Shown here: positions 8,679-19,148 of the stretch, piece by piece
Layout: the number at the start of each line of letters is the position of its first letter
How positions within the stretch are numbered: position 1 is the stretch's first letter
Source: an uncultured Thermoplasmatales archaeon
GTDB lineage: Archaea > Thermoplasmatota > E2 > DHVEG-1
Direction: 5' to 3'
Assembly: GCA_964628575.1 (NCBI GenBank)
Contig: CAZVNH010000002.1
Span: 1-45,002 of the forward strand
DNA length: 45,002 nucleotides
Position numbers and translations under genes: made by a program
The notes under the pieces: model-generated
The model's input: only the letters and a program-made list of their open reading frames with translations
What the model was told of the DNA's origin: nothing
Database searches by the model: none

Positions 8679-9356
8679 ATGGCTGATTGGATTGGTATAG
8701 ATGGTTCACATCTTCATTCCCTTTGTGGGGAAGCTACTCCAGGTGGAGAATTGGATGAAGCTTTAGATGGGGATGAAGGCCATCCTTGGATTCATTATAC
8801 AAATCACGTCCATTGGTTCATATTGGATTTGGGTGACTCTTACAATATTACACAGGTAAGAGGAAGGTCAAATACGTTTGACGACCCAAAAGATGTTGAC
8901 ATTTATGTTAGTGATGATGTTGAAAATTTTGGTGATGCAGTCGTAGAAGAAATTTCCACTTTCCGAAATAGAGCAAATTGGTCAACTGTCGAAGTAACCC
9001 CTAAAGTTGGCAGGTATATTAAAGTTAATATTTTGGACACAGAAGATGGAAGTAGAGTTATTGGTTGGGGTTTTGAAGGTCCACTATACACAATATTTGA
9101 TGTTTATGGGGCTGTTCCTGTTGATGTTGAAATATCAGGCTCTTTATCAGCGACTTCATCTTTGTCGGGTAATATGATAGCTACTGTAGTTCCTCCGATT
9201 GATGATAGACCTCCAACTTATGACCCTGATGCGAGTTGGGATGAAGATACTGGAGCGTGGGTTAGTCTTGAAGTTTATGGTGGAGATATATATAAAATCA
9301 ATCTTGTTATTATTGGCCAAGATGATAATGGAAATGGTGTAATCTATTATGGGTAA
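8679..9356 (+). CDS. Structural protein with a discoidin / galactose-binding-like domain
   Basis: The pattern HWFILDLGDSYNITQVRG...VDIYVSDD..NFG...VGRYIKVNIL is typical of F5/8 type C-like carbohydrate-binding modules. Confidence 0.5.
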   Translation: MADWIGIDGSHLHSLCGEATPGGELDEALDGDEGHPWIHYTNHVHWFILDLGDSYNITQVRGRSNTFDDPKDVDIYVSDDVENFGDAVVEEISTFRNRANWSTVEVTPKVGRYIKVNILDTEDGSRVIGWGFEGPLYTIFDVYGAVPVDVEISGSLSATSSLSGNMIATVVPPIDDRPPTYDPDASWDEDTGAWVSLEVYGGDIYKINLVIIGQDDNGNGVIYYG

Positions 9357-9362
9357 TTTAAA

Positions 9363-9779
9363 ATGTCAATAACCTTTCCTGGATATGTAATGGTTGTTAT
9401 AGAAGAGCTTGCTGAACCTTATGATATTTATAATGAAACATATTTAATGGATTTTTGGCAAGATGGGCAAGAATATGGATATTGGTATTCTTCTGAAGGA
9501 GTTTGGGGGCCAGATGGATTATGGGTTCAAGCTTTTCTTGGTGGTGTTGAAACTCCATTTTTTGAATTAGCCCTTGATGGGGATACTTTCTTTTATAGTG
9601 AATTAACAGATTTTCTTGACGACCCTGTAACTTTTTATTTTGAAAATAATATAGCAATTCCAGCTATAGGCGGTAGTTGTGTTTTAATGTGGGTAAAAGC
9701 TGCAAATCCAACTCCTTCTAACAACGCAACAGGTGTATCAAAATACTTAATTAATCTTACTTGGGAGCTTCCTTCATAA
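9363..9779 (+). CDS. Structural protein (138 aa)
   Basis: ORF ends in TAATG coupling. The C-terminal PTPSNNATGVSKYLINLTW looks like the first strands of an FN3-like module. Confidence 0.6.
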   Translation: MSITFPGYVMVVIEELAEPYDIYNETYLMDFWQDGQEYGYWYSSEGVWGPDGLWVQAFLGGVETPFFELALDGDTFFYSELTDFLDDPVTFYFENNIAIPAIGGSCVLMWVKAANPTPSNNATGVSKYLINLTWELPS

Positions 9780-10162
9780 TGGCATTGTATAGTAGAGTAT
9801 ATTTTAATATTGGTAGTGAATGGATTTATCAAGGCGAAACTGAGGAAACTTCTTGGTCAGTTAGCAAATTTAATTTACAGTATGCTCAAGCTTATCAATG
9901 GAGAGTTGATATTTATGATTCTGAAACAGGAGTAACTACTACTGGAGATGAGTGGGCATTTACAATAAAGAATTGTCCAGCCAGTTTTGATTTGGATAGA
10001 CCAGAAGATTATGATGAAGAAAAGGTTTGGGGATGGGATGGCGAAGATTATAATTGGATTAGTGTTTATGATGGATTTGATGTTGTGAAATTTGGTGGTG
10101 GAAGATATAAACAACAGTTAGTTGTTGTAGGATATAATACTGTTTATTTTGGAGAAACTTAA
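9779..10162 (+). CDS. Structural protein (127 aa from ATG 9779)
   Basis: The start is taken at the TAATG overlap. YSRVYF...YQWRVDIYD...GDEWAFT looks like the remaining strands of the same FN3-like module. Confidence 0.6.
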   Translation: MALYSRVYFNIGSEWIYQGETEETSWSVSKFNLQYAQAYQWRVDIYDSETGVTTTGDEWAFTIKNCPASFDLDRPEDYDEEKVWGWDGEDYNWISVYDGFDVVKFGGGRYKQQLVVVGYNTVYFGET

Positions 10163-11679
10163 TGCCTACATTAACACAATTAGGTGCAACTCACGGATTT
10201 ACTGCTGGTGATTTAAATACTGATGGCTATGTTGCAGTTATTCCTGCATTTCAGAAAGTTTACTTTGCTGATGGTAGAACAGAAGGAGATGGAGGTTATA
10301 ATAAATTAGATTTTATAAATACAAGATTAGTTGGTGAAGCATCTGGAACATTTACTGCTGAAGAGCTTGTTGAACAAGCTACAAGTGAAGCAGCAGGAAT
10401 TTTTATTGAAACAATAGGAACTGGAGCAACTGCTTGGCATTTAGTTTATAGAATAACTACTACTGAATTTGATAGTGAACATGTTGTAACTGGTGCTGAT
10501 TCAGAAACGACTGTAACTCCAACATCTGTTGTTGCTCCTCCACATTGGACACCTTGGACTTTAACAACTGGAGATTTTCCTGATGGTGGAAGCAATATAG
10601 GTTCATTATATCTTGGAAGAATTTTTTTAAATGATATGTATCATCCCCATCAATGGATTTGTAGTCGTGCTGGAGACCCATTAGATTTTGATACATCAGA
10701 AGATGATGTTGGTGCAGCAATATCAAGTCAAACATCTGGATTAGCAGGTAAAATTGGAGCACCATTAATAGGATTTATTCCATATAAAAATTATTATCAA
10801 ATTTTTGGGTGTATTGGAGAATTGTGGATAATGAGGGGGGACCCTGCAACAGTAATATCATTTTCAAATTTAAGTTATGCTGATGGGCTGTTTAGTCCAA
10901 CAAGTTGGTGTTTTGATGATAAAGGAAATTTGTATTTTGTTGGAAATAGTGGATTTTATAGACTTCCTGCGGAAGCTGCAACATCAAATGTCGGCCCCGA
11001 AAATTTAACCTTATCAAAATATCCAAATTTATTTAATCAATTAAATTTAAATAGAAGAACCGACAGAGTTGTTGTTGCTTATGATAAAGATAGATTTGGA
11101 ATTATTTTTACTGCTGTTATGATGGATGGAGCTTGGTCATTTTCATTTTTTTATGATATAAGAAATAATTCTATGTGGCCTGAAGAATATGCTACTAATG
11201 CAATTCCAGCTTCAGCATATTATTTTGATTCTTATAGGGGAGATTATAGAAAATTACTTCTTGGGGGGCAAGATGGATATGTAAGAGCTTTTGATGAAGA
11301 TGCAAAAGATGATGATAATGGAGCTTCTGATTCAGCTATTGATAGTTATATAATTTTAGGCCCAATTGATTTATCTCCATTAGTAGCTGGAGAAGGAAAA
11401 CTCCAAGAGTTGATAATAGATTTGTCAGAAGATACTGATGGATTAAGTTGGTCTCTATATTCTGAGGATTCAGCAGAAGCATTAATTGATGGAATAGAAG
11501 AAGGAACTTTATCACCAATAGATAATGGAACATTTAGTAGTGGAGGACACCAAAATTCAATACGAACACATGTTAGGGGAAAATATTTGGCAATAGAATT
11601 AAATAACGATTCATCTGGAGAATCATGGGGATTGGAAACAATTGAATGTAAAATTAAGGTTGTTGGAAGAAAAAAATAA
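10162..11679 (+). CDS. Large tail/baseplate-type structural protein (505 aa)
   Basis: TAATG coupling. Size and position precede the fibre gene. Repeat-like GNLYFVGNSGFYRL segments. Confidence 0.55.
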   Translation: MPTLTQLGATHGFTAGDLNTDGYVAVIPAFQKVYFADGRTEGDGGYNKLDFINTRLVGEASGTFTAEELVEQATSEAAGIFIETIGTGATAWHLVYRITTTEFDSEHVVTGADSETTVTPTSVVAPPHWTPWTLTTGDFPDGGSNIGSLYLGRIFLNDMYHPHQWICSRAGDPLDFDTSEDDVGAAISSQTSGLAGKIGAPLIGFIPYKNYYQIFGCIGELWIMRGDPATVISFSNLSYADGLFSPTSWCFDDKGNLYFVGNSGFYRLPAEAATSNVGPENLTLSKYPNLFNQLNLNRRTDRVVVAYDKDRFGIIFTAVMMDGAWSFSFFYDIRNNSMWPEEYATNAIPASAYYFDSYRGDYRKLLLGGQDGYVRAFDEDAKDDDNGASDSAIDSYIILGPIDLSPLVAGEGKLQELIIDLSEDTDGLSWSLYSEDSAEALIDGIEEGTLSPIDNGTFSSGGHQNSIRTHVRGKYLAIELNNDSSGESWGLETIECKIKVVGRKK

Positions 11680-11690
11680 GGAAAAAATAA

Positions 11691-12326
11691 ATGGCAAGAA
11701 TTAAAAGAAAAGAAACAAGAAGTCAAGAATTTTATCGGAAAGCTCTTAGTGAATATGGTGGAAGATATGGGCAAGCGATGGGAGAAATATATCAAGCAAA
11801 AGAAACTGCTGCAAAACCAATTAGTTCTGCCTATGGACAGTTAGTTGGATTATTTGAATCAGAGGGAGGTTATGGTGCTGGACAAAGAGCTTTAATTGAA
11901 GAAGAAAGAAAAAGAAATATTGCATCAGCTTTTGGACAAGCAATACAATCTGGAATGTGGTCAGGGACAATGGCTGCGGGAGCACAACAAAGGGCGGGAA
12001 GGTATGCAACTCAACAATTGCTTGGGGTTGAAGATATAAGAATAGAGAAGTTAGCACAATCATTAGAAGCTATGGGGGCTGCTGAGGAAGCAAGAACTTT
12101 AAGAATGACACAAGCAGGACTTACTGGAGCACAAACTATAGGACAACTTGCTGCTGCTGCTCCAACTTATTCACAATATTATGACCCTGGAGAGACAGCA
12201 AGATATACAGCAGGTATGCAATATTTAACCCAAAAAATGCTTGCCGATAAAAAAGCAGAAGAAGCTGAAAGAGAAAGACAATTTGAAACTGAGCAAGAAA
12301 GAAGATTTCAATATAAAGTTTATTAA
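11691..12326 (+). CDS. Virion protein, Ala/Gln-rich (211 aa)
   Basis: AGGAAAAAA Shine-Dalgarno. No family recognised. Confidence 0.6.
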   Translation: MARIKRKETRSQEFYRKALSEYGGRYGQAMGEIYQAKETAAKPISSAYGQLVGLFESEGGYGAGQRALIEEERKRNIASAFGQAIQSGMWSGTMAAGAQQRAGRYATQQLLGVEDIRIEKLAQSLEAMGAAEEARTLRMTQAGLTGAQTIGQLAAAAPTYSQYYDPGETARYTAGMQYLTQKMLADKKAEEAERERQFETEQERRFQYKVY

Positions 12327-12338
12327 TGAGATTTTATA

Positions 12339-13988
12339 ATGTCAAGAAAATTAACACCTGTAATATCTGGTGATTGGGTAACGGTAGAAAACAATTTTAA
12401 TATAATTTCAAGAGAACTTAGTGAAGTTTCTTCTCCAATATTTTCTGGATTAACTTTATCTGGATTAACTTCAAATAGACTTTTAAAAACTGATTCAGAT
12501 ATAGAATTAAAATCTGTTTCAGATTTAACAAATTGGGTTGCTGGAACTACAAATCAAATTTCTGTTTCTGATGATGGTGATGGAACTGTTACTTTAGCAA
12601 TAACTAATCCACTTGACATTCCAGGAAAATTAACTGCTGGCTCGTTTAGTTCTCCAATAGATGTTACTGATGTAAGAGAATATGGTTTTGAAATTCATTA
12701 TTCTGGAAATAATTATAATGCAACTGGAATTAGGTCAAGAGCTTCTGCTGTTACAACAGACACATCTACACAAATTCAAGGTGGTTTATTTCAAGCAGCT
12801 AATAATGATGGAATAAATGTTGGAGTTCTTAATGGTTTAATTGCTGAAGCTATAGGAAAATCAGATTCTACTGCTGCTACAATATCTATGATGAGAGCAG
12901 GGATATTTAATGCGGAATGGAATTCAAAAGATACCGTTACAGATTTAAGAACTTTGCATGTTAGAATTCATACAAGAAATAATGCAACCGAAGGATACAT
13001 TTCAAATTCTGGTTATGGAATTTATATTGAAAATGAAGCTGTAGGTGGAAATGGTCAAGCATTAAATGCTGGAATATATTTTAAAGCTACGAATTTATCT
13101 GGTGGAAATAAGGCATTTGATTATGGAATAGATTTTAGTGGTGGAACTTATAATACTGCTGAGATTAAGCTTTCAAGTGGGGACACTATTGAAAATCTTA
13201 CAATAGGTCAGTTGAATATAAATAGTGATTTAGTAGTTTTTTCTGGAGAGGTAGAAGCAACTACTTTTACTATTGAAGAAACTACACTTTCGATTGATGA
13301 ATGGACATACCTTGATGGATTAGACCAAGCATTAAAAACCAGCGATAGCCCAACCCATCCAACCATAACTTTGACTGATATAGATGATGGAAGAATACCT
13401 TATAGTTCTGCTGGAACATTAGTAGATACAAGTTTATTGACTTGGACACCAGCGACATCTACTTTTGGAACTGGCAGTATAGATATGACTGGTTCATTAA
13501 AATTAGGGACTAACGCAATTATTACACTTCCAAGGGCAAGCAATTACGGATATATATTACAACATTCGGGGGGTGCTACATCAAACGGGGCAAGAGGAAG
13601 TTTTTATCCGCAAAACGATGATAGTGGAATGGTTTTTTATATTATTCCAAAAGGGACTTCAGGATGGAATACTCAAACTGGATTAGCATTATGGAATACT
13701 GATTTTATAAATGATTCTTCTAATTGGGAAAGGTTATATCTTACTGCTTCTAAAAGTTATTATAGTATAGAAATTGCAAAAGCAGGGACAGGAACAAATT
13801 TATATCCCTTATATTTTCAGATGGGTGGAAACAATGCTCTTGTAATAGACACCAATGCAGATGTAGATATTCCTAATGATTTAACGGCTGGAACAATTCA
13901 AGCAGATAATGGTTATACAGGAAGTTGGGTAAATGCAGAAGCAAATACAGTAACAGTTGTTGGAGGAATTATAACAGATGTATCATAA
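12339..13988 (+). CDS. Tail fibre / receptor-binding protein (549 aa)
   Basis: The N-terminal motif TNWVAGTTNQISVSDDGDGTVTLAI is common in phage fibres. The rest is long, beta-rich and Gly/Asn/Thr-rich. Confidence 0.6.
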   Translation: MSRKLTPVISGDWVTVENNFNIISRELSEVSSPIFSGLTLSGLTSNRLLKTDSDIELKSVSDLTNWVAGTTNQISVSDDGDGTVTLAITNPLDIPGKLTAGSFSSPIDVTDVREYGFEIHYSGNNYNATGIRSRASAVTTDTSTQIQGGLFQAANNDGINVGVLNGLIAEAIGKSDSTAATISMMRAGIFNAEWNSKDTVTDLRTLHVRIHTRNNATEGYISNSGYGIYIENEAVGGNGQALNAGIYFKATNLSGGNKAFDYGIDFSGGTYNTAEIKLSSGDTIENLTIGQLNINSDLVVFSGEVEATTFTIEETTLSIDEWTYLDGLDQALKTSDSPTHPTITLTDIDDGRIPYSSAGTLVDTSLLTWTPATSTFGTGSIDMTGSLKLGTNAIITLPRASNYGYILQHSGGATSNGARGSFYPQNDDSGMVFYIIPKGTSGWNTQTGLALWNTDFINDSSNWERLYLTASKSYYSIEIAKAGTGTNLYPLYFQMGGNNALVIDTNADVDIPNDLTAGTIQADNGYTGSWVNAEANTVTVVGGIITDVS

Positions 13989-14018
13989 TATTATATATAA
14001 TAGTAGAAAGGAAATGTA

Positions 14019-14207
14019 ATGCCTACAATATCTGATGAATGTGGATTTGAAGTAACTTCTGATAATTTACAAGTTAGAACTACTGGAAATAATGATAAAA
14101 TTATTATAACCAAGGATTTGTCAGCAGATGAAGCAGCTTCCTTGGTTTATTTGGCTCAACAAGAAGGTATAACACTTTCAATTTCAATTAAATTAAAAGA
14201 ACCATAA
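14019..14207 (+). CDS. Small hypothetical protein (62 aa)
   Basis: AAGGAAA Shine-Dalgarno. Lies directly downstream of the fibre gene, so it could be a fibre chaperone. Confidence 0.5.
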   Translation: MPTISDECGFEVTSDNLQVRTTGNNDKIIITKDLSADEAASLVYLAQQEGITLSISIKLKEP

Positions 14208-14230
14208 TATTTTAAAATTAGGAAAATAAA

Positions 14231-15226
14231 ATGAATAAAAATCCAATAACAGGTTATGCTTATACTAAAGAAAAAGGATATGGTTGGATTGACCCTGAAA
14301 CTGACGAAATTGTTTATAGCAGAGAAAAACCTCCTGGTTTTGAAAGGCAAATCCCTGAAGGTGTTTGGCCTGAAGGAATAAAACATTTAGGGGGTAAATT
14401 GTGGGAAGTTCCAAGTGCTTATGGTATGGGATTGGCTCAAGCTCAAACGAGAGGAGCTATCTCAATTACTCCTGAATATGGTTCTTCTAAATGGGCTGAA
14501 CAAGAAAAGGAATATTTATGGCAAAGTGAATATGATAGATTGAGACAGGAGTGGAGTGCTGCTGATGATAGAGTTATAAAATCGGGATTACCTGATTGGA
14601 GAAAGCAAGTAATAGCAGCAGAGAATTTTTCAGAATTTAAATTAAATAGTCAGAAAGTAAAATCTAAAGTATATGATATAGAAAGAAAATTAGAACAAAT
14701 AAATAATGCAACTAACTTGGATGAAAGAACTAAATCAAATGCAAGAATAAATTTACTTACTCAGAGTATGCCAAGAATTCCTCAATTAACATCTGCTCAA
14801 AAACCTGGTGCTCCAACTGCTATAACTACTTTGGAAAAAGATATTGATTGGATGGTAGGTAGATTGGAAGATGCTTCTTCTTGGAGACCTGGAGCTTATA
14901 ATTTAAGCGGAGTAGAGGCAATTTCTATGCTTAAAAAATATATTCCTGAAGCTGGTTGGTTTGCTAAAAATACAACTCAAAAAATTCAGATATTTTCCGT
15001 GTTGGATAGAGTTTTAAGAAAACATAAAGAGATAGAATGGACTGATAAGGAAAGTAAACAATTTGCAGAAGAATTAGGATTACTTCCTAAATTAGCTGAA
15101 ATCCCGCCTATGGAAAATATGGTTCGGATTCAATCACCAACTGGTGAAATAATGGATGTATCTTCAGATGAATGGGAATCAAAACAAAAAGAAGCGGAAT
15201 CTGAGGGTTGGAGGGTGATGGAGTAA
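14231..15226 (+). CDS. Hypothetical virion/internal protein (331 aa)
   Basis: AGGAAA Shine-Dalgarno. TAATG coupling to the downstream giant ORF. Confidence 0.6.
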   Translation: MNKNPITGYAYTKEKGYGWIDPETDEIVYSREKPPGFERQIPEGVWPEGIKHLGGKLWEVPSAYGMGLAQAQTRGAISITPEYGSSKWAEQEKEYLWQSEYDRLRQEWSAADDRVIKSGLPDWRKQVIAAENFSEFKLNSQKVKSKVYDIERKLEQINNATNLDERTKSNARINLLTQSMPRIPQLTSAQKPGAPTAITTLEKDIDWMVGRLEDASSWRPGAYNLSGVEAISMLKKYIPEAGWFAKNTTQKIQIFSVLDRVLRKHKEIEWTDKESKQFAEELGLLPKLAEIPPMENMVRIQSPTGEIMDVSSDEWESKQKEAESEGWRVME

Positions 15227-18200
15227 TGGCTATAGAATTTAAAACAGCAAAACCTGTTACAGAACCAAAAGTATCTTTTGAATCGGCAGTTCCAATTGAA
15301 GAAGCTGAAGTGAGAAAAACTTCTTCTTTGTTTGGAACTTTTGCATCAGCTTTTGGTCAAAGTGTAATTAATAAGCCTGCTGTAATGTTAAGAGGAGCAG
15401 AGGTTTATACTCCTGGAAAAGCTTATGGTCTTGACCCATTACTGGAAAAGGCAAGCATAACTTTACAGTCATTACAAAATCCAGAAGAAGTTGAAAGAAT
15501 TGCAAAAATTGCTGGTGGGAAATTGTGGCCTACTGGTGAAGATAGAAAATGGTATCAAATTGAAACTAAATATATTCCAGAAGTTTTAAATACTTGGGCT
15601 GCAAATGTTGGAGACCAAATTCCTCTTTTACTAACAACCTTTGCTGGAAGAGCTTTAGGAAGAATTGCTGGAGCACCTTTGGCTGCTGCTGCTGGAGCAA
15701 CGGCAGCTTTAGTTACTGGGGGGCCTGACCCAACAGACGTGGCAACTGCTCCATCTGTAGCTGCAATAACCTCTGAAGTTACAGCACATATTGGAGGGGC
15801 TGCTCCATTAGTTGCTATGGAAGCGGGTTCTTTTTTAGATGATGCAAACCTTCTTGGAATAGATAGAGATATAGCAGAAAGATATGCAAGAATGTATGGT
15901 ATAGGTTCTGGAGTTATTGAATATGCTCAACAATTATGGATGTTAGGAAGGTATAGAGCTTTATCTAAACCAGCACAAAAAACAATTATTAAAAAAATAT
16001 TATCTCATGTTGGAGGTTCAGTAGTTGAAGGTTTGGAAGAAGTTTCACAACAAGGATTAGAAAATAAACTTCTATTAAAAGCTGCTGAAGAAATGAAAGA
16101 AAGAAATCCTGATTATGAGATTCCAAATTTAGCTACTTGGCAGGGAGCAAAAAGGGCTGGAATTATTGCTACAGGTGTTGCTGCCATAACTACTTTACCT
16201 GCAACTACACTATCTGTAACTCAACAAAAAGCAAAACAATTAAGAGAAACCAGAGCATTAAAATTGTATGATAATCAGCAAACAGAAATTGATAATCAAG
16301 TTAAAACTAATGATACAACTTTAAATCCTGAAAAAATAGCTCAACAAAAAACAAATACTCCAACTTCAAGACAAAGAATAGATGTTCAAACAAAATCAAG
16401 ACAATTAGGATATACAAGAGACCAAAGACAAAATTTATATAATGAACTAACTGGAAAATCCTGGGAGGAATTTAATCAAAGAGATGCTCAAATTATAGTT
16501 GACTATTTTGATAATCAACTAAATGCAATAACACAATCTGATAAAATTGGAAAAACTGGATTAAAGGATAGAGAACAAAGGATATTAAGAGGTCTTTCAA
16601 GAACAGAAGATAATTTTAATAAATTAATTGATTTTATGATTTCTGGAAATCCTTTATCAGAAAATTCAAATATCAGAGAATTCCAATTTGACAAATATCA
16701 AACAATGGCAGAAAGAATTTATAAGAGGTCAAAAAAGCCTAATAAACCTTTTATAAGTTGGGCAAGAGAATTACAACCTGCTCGAAATGTTTTATATGAT
16801 ATAGAGATGGAAACAGGAACAAATCTTTATAAAAATTTTAAAGCAGCAATTTATGATTCAACTATTGCAAATCAATCTGCTACTAATCTTGTAAATAATG
16901 TTTTGGAAAGAACTGGAATAAAAAGAAGATTAGAAACAATTTCAGTTAAACAAAATGAATATTTAAGATGGTGGCTACATGACCCGACAGATGAAGTCGG
17001 AAAATCATCTTGGGAAAACATGAATGAAAAAACTCGTAATATTGGAGTTGCTTTAAGAAATTTATATCAAAGTGAAGGTAAATATAGAATAGGTTTGCTT
17101 CGTTTTAAATTATGGGCTGAATATAACAAAAAACCAAAATCTGTAAAAAAAGCACAAGCAGATGTAATTTTGAAAGAAGGAAAGGAAGCTTTAGCAAAGG
17201 GGAATTTTAAAGATTGGATAATGAAACAAGATTGGGTTGCAAGGGAAAATTATTATCCATCAGTAAGAGAGGCACAAAGTTTAGTTGATGAAATAGTTAC
17301 TTCTTTAGCTCCAAAGGATATATTAAAGAAATTTAGAAGATTGCCTTCTACAGTTCCATTTGAAGCTTATTCAAGAGAAGGAAAAGGTTCACCAATTGAA
17401 GGTTCTGTAATAAGAAATACAGTAAACCATTTTACTCGAATAAATACTGCATTGCTTACAATGGATAATCTTGTCAATTTTTGGAAAACTTTTGAAGGAA
17501 TAAATCCCCAACAATCTGATATAGATATAATGAGAGATTATGTAAACAATATTTTGGGTAGAGGAACAAAACAAAAACTACCTATACGATGGGCTAAAAA
17601 GGCTTTAAGAGTTTTTTGGAAATTTTACTTTCTTAATCCATTTAAAGGGGCTTGGTTTTTTACTCGAAATATAATGCAATCCCCCGCTTATGGAGCAACA
17701 CAATTAAGTTGGAAGGAATCTGCTATTTCATTAAAAGATATAGCATTAAAAAAAGGAGCTACTGAAAGAGTTGAAGATAAAGAATTAATGTGGAAATCTG
17801 GTATTTCTGAAAGAATGCCTGTATATCAAGAATGGATGATGTTAGAAGAGAGTAAAATAAGAGACCCTGTTCGTGGATATTTTGCAAATCTTGCTGAAGA
17901 ATTTGGGAAAGTATTTATTTATTCAGATGAAATAAATAGAACAATAACCTGGCTTCCAATCCATAGGGCTGCTCAGAGAAATATAGAAAATTTAAGAGCA
18001 GGAAAAATAAATTTTAAGCAATTTGTTCATAGATTAAAATTAGACACTCTTCACCCAAAACAACAAATTGATTTGGTAAATCTTATTGAAGAAGGAAATG
18101 ATAGAGAATTTATAAGACAAGTTGCGGAATACAAAACAGAAAATATTCATTTTAGATATAGAACTGGATTACGTTCTCCTTCCGAACAAACTTTAGGAGG

Positions 18201-18789
18201 TAGAATATTAGTAGGTCTTATGGTATATCCAAGAGGGGTTTTTAACCTCGCTTGGCAAAACTCTTTAAAACCTATGTATGAAGGAATAAAAACAGGAAAT
18301 TTAGGTCAAGCTTATAGAGGATTAGGAAATTTAGTTGCTTTATATATTGGAGCTTCACTTGCTCGAAGGTTGCTTTATAAACTAACTGGAAGAGAAGCTT
18401 ATGGATTAACTCAAACAATATTTGGTTATTCTCCTTTAGCTCCTGGCCCTGCTTGGTTAATTGAAAAAATGAACAGATTTAGTTGGACAGTTCAAGAAAA
18501 AGGAATGAGTGCTGCTACAGTAAATGAAATTGGTTCTACAATGGGAGATATGGCTGAATTTTTAATTCCATTTTGTGATATAGCTATTAATAGATATGAA
18601 GCTAAAAAAGATGTTCGTGGAGTAACCTTTTGGAACTTAATGAAAAAAGAATTAATGAGAAAATATTATCAAAGAACTGGAAAAAGATACACAAAAACCA
18701 ACCGTGATGATTGGCAGAAAATAGTTCATGTTTTATTTTCTGGTGGTTATGAAATTCCAGAAAAAAAGAAAAAAAGGAAGATTTGGTAA
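15226..18789 (+). CDS. Giant internal virion / ejection or tape-measure-like protein (1187 aa from ATG 15226)
   Basis: It is the largest ORF. It has Ala/Gly-rich hydrophobic segments (GAPLAAAAGATAALVTGG..., IIATGVAAITTLPA). The start is taken at the TAATG overlap rather than the upstream TTG. Confidence 0.6.
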   Translation: MAIEFKTAKPVTEPKVSFESAVPIEEAEVRKTSSLFGTFASAFGQSVINKPAVMLRGAEVYTPGKAYGLDPLLEKASITLQSLQNPEEVERIAKIAGGKLWPTGEDRKWYQIETKYIPEVLNTWAANVGDQIPLLLTTFAGRALGRIAGAPLAAAAGATAALVTGGPDPTDVATAPSVAAITSEVTAHIGGAAPLVAMEAGSFLDDANLLGIDRDIAERYARMYGIGSGVIEYAQQLWMLGRYRALSKPAQKTIIKKILSHVGGSVVEGLEEVSQQGLENKLLLKAAEEMKERNPDYEIPNLATWQGAKRAGIIATGVAAITTLPATTLSVTQQKAKQLRETRALKLYDNQQTEIDNQVKTNDTTLNPEKIAQQKTNTPTSRQRIDVQTKSRQLGYTRDQRQNLYNELTGKSWEEFNQRDAQIIVDYFDNQLNAITQSDKIGKTGLKDREQRILRGLSRTEDNFNKLIDFMISGNPLSENSNIREFQFDKYQTMAERIYKRSKKPNKPFISWARELQPARNVLYDIEMETGTNLYKNFKAAIYDSTIANQSATNLVNNVLERTGIKRRLETISVKQNEYLRWWLHDPTDEVGKSSWENMNEKTRNIGVALRNLYQSEGKYRIGLLRFKLWAEYNKKPKSVKKAQADVILKEGKEALAKGNFKDWIMKQDWVARENYYPSVREAQSLVDEIVTSLAPKDILKKFRRLPSTVPFEAYSREGKGSPIEGSVIRNTVNHFTRINTALLTMDNLVNFWKTFEGINPQQSDIDIMRDYVNNILGRGTKQKLPIRWAKKALRVFWKFYFLNPFKGAWFFTRNIMQSPAYGATQLSWKESAISLKDIALKKGATERVEDKELMWKSGISERMPVYQEWMMLEESKIRDPVRGYFANLAEEFGKVFIYSDEINRTITWLPIHRAAQRNIENLRAGKINFKQFVHRLKLDTLHPKQQIDLVNLIEEGNDREFIRQVAEYKTENIHFRYRTGLRSPSEQTLGGRILVGLMVYPRGVFNLAWQNSLKPMYEGIKTGNLGQAYRGLGNLVALYIGASLARRLLYKLTGREAYGLTQTIFGYSPLAPGPAWLIEKMNRFSWTVQEKGMSAATVNEIGSTMGDMAEFLIPFCDIAINRYEAKKDVRGVTFWNLMKKELMRKYYQRTGKRYTKTNRDDWQKIVHVLFSGGYEIPEKKKKRKIW

Positions 18790-18793
18790 AATT

Positions 18794-18982
18794 ATGGCAA
18801 AGAAAAAAAATATGACAACTAAAGAGTATCTTATCTGTATAGATACTAAATTAAAAAATTTAAAAGAACAATTTGATAATCATTTAAAACATCATTGGGC
18901 AATAACAATAGCTTTAATAACTATTATCGGAACTGGTGTTATTAAAATAATTATAGAGTTAATTTGTAAAATAGTTAAATAA
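18794..18982 (+). CDS. Small membrane protein (62 aa), holin-like candidate
   Basis: A single C-terminal TM segment, WAITIALITIIGTGVIKIIIELI. It is the last gene of the late unit. Confidence 0.4.
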   Translation: MAKKKNMTTKEYLICIDTKLKNLKEQFDNHLKHHWAITIALITIIGTGVIKIIIELICKIVK

Positions 18983-18985
18983 AAA

Positions 18986-19018
18986 TAGCCCATAATAATT
19001 CTGACTTACTATGGGCTA
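18986..19018. terminator. Hairpin terminator between the convergent late and early units
   Basis: TAGCCCATA (18986-18994) pairs with TATGGGCTA (19010-19018). The T-run lies on the minus-strand side and an A-run on the plus-strand side. Confidence 0.65.
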
Positions 19019-19148
19019 AACAAAGAAAAGGAGTAAATAATGGTTTAGTTAAAAATAAATAATAAGTGTAGGTTTTTTTAATTTCTTTGCTTTATTTATA
19101 GAATCTTTTGTTCCATTAGATTTTCCATCCCAAAAAGCAAGTTTCATA

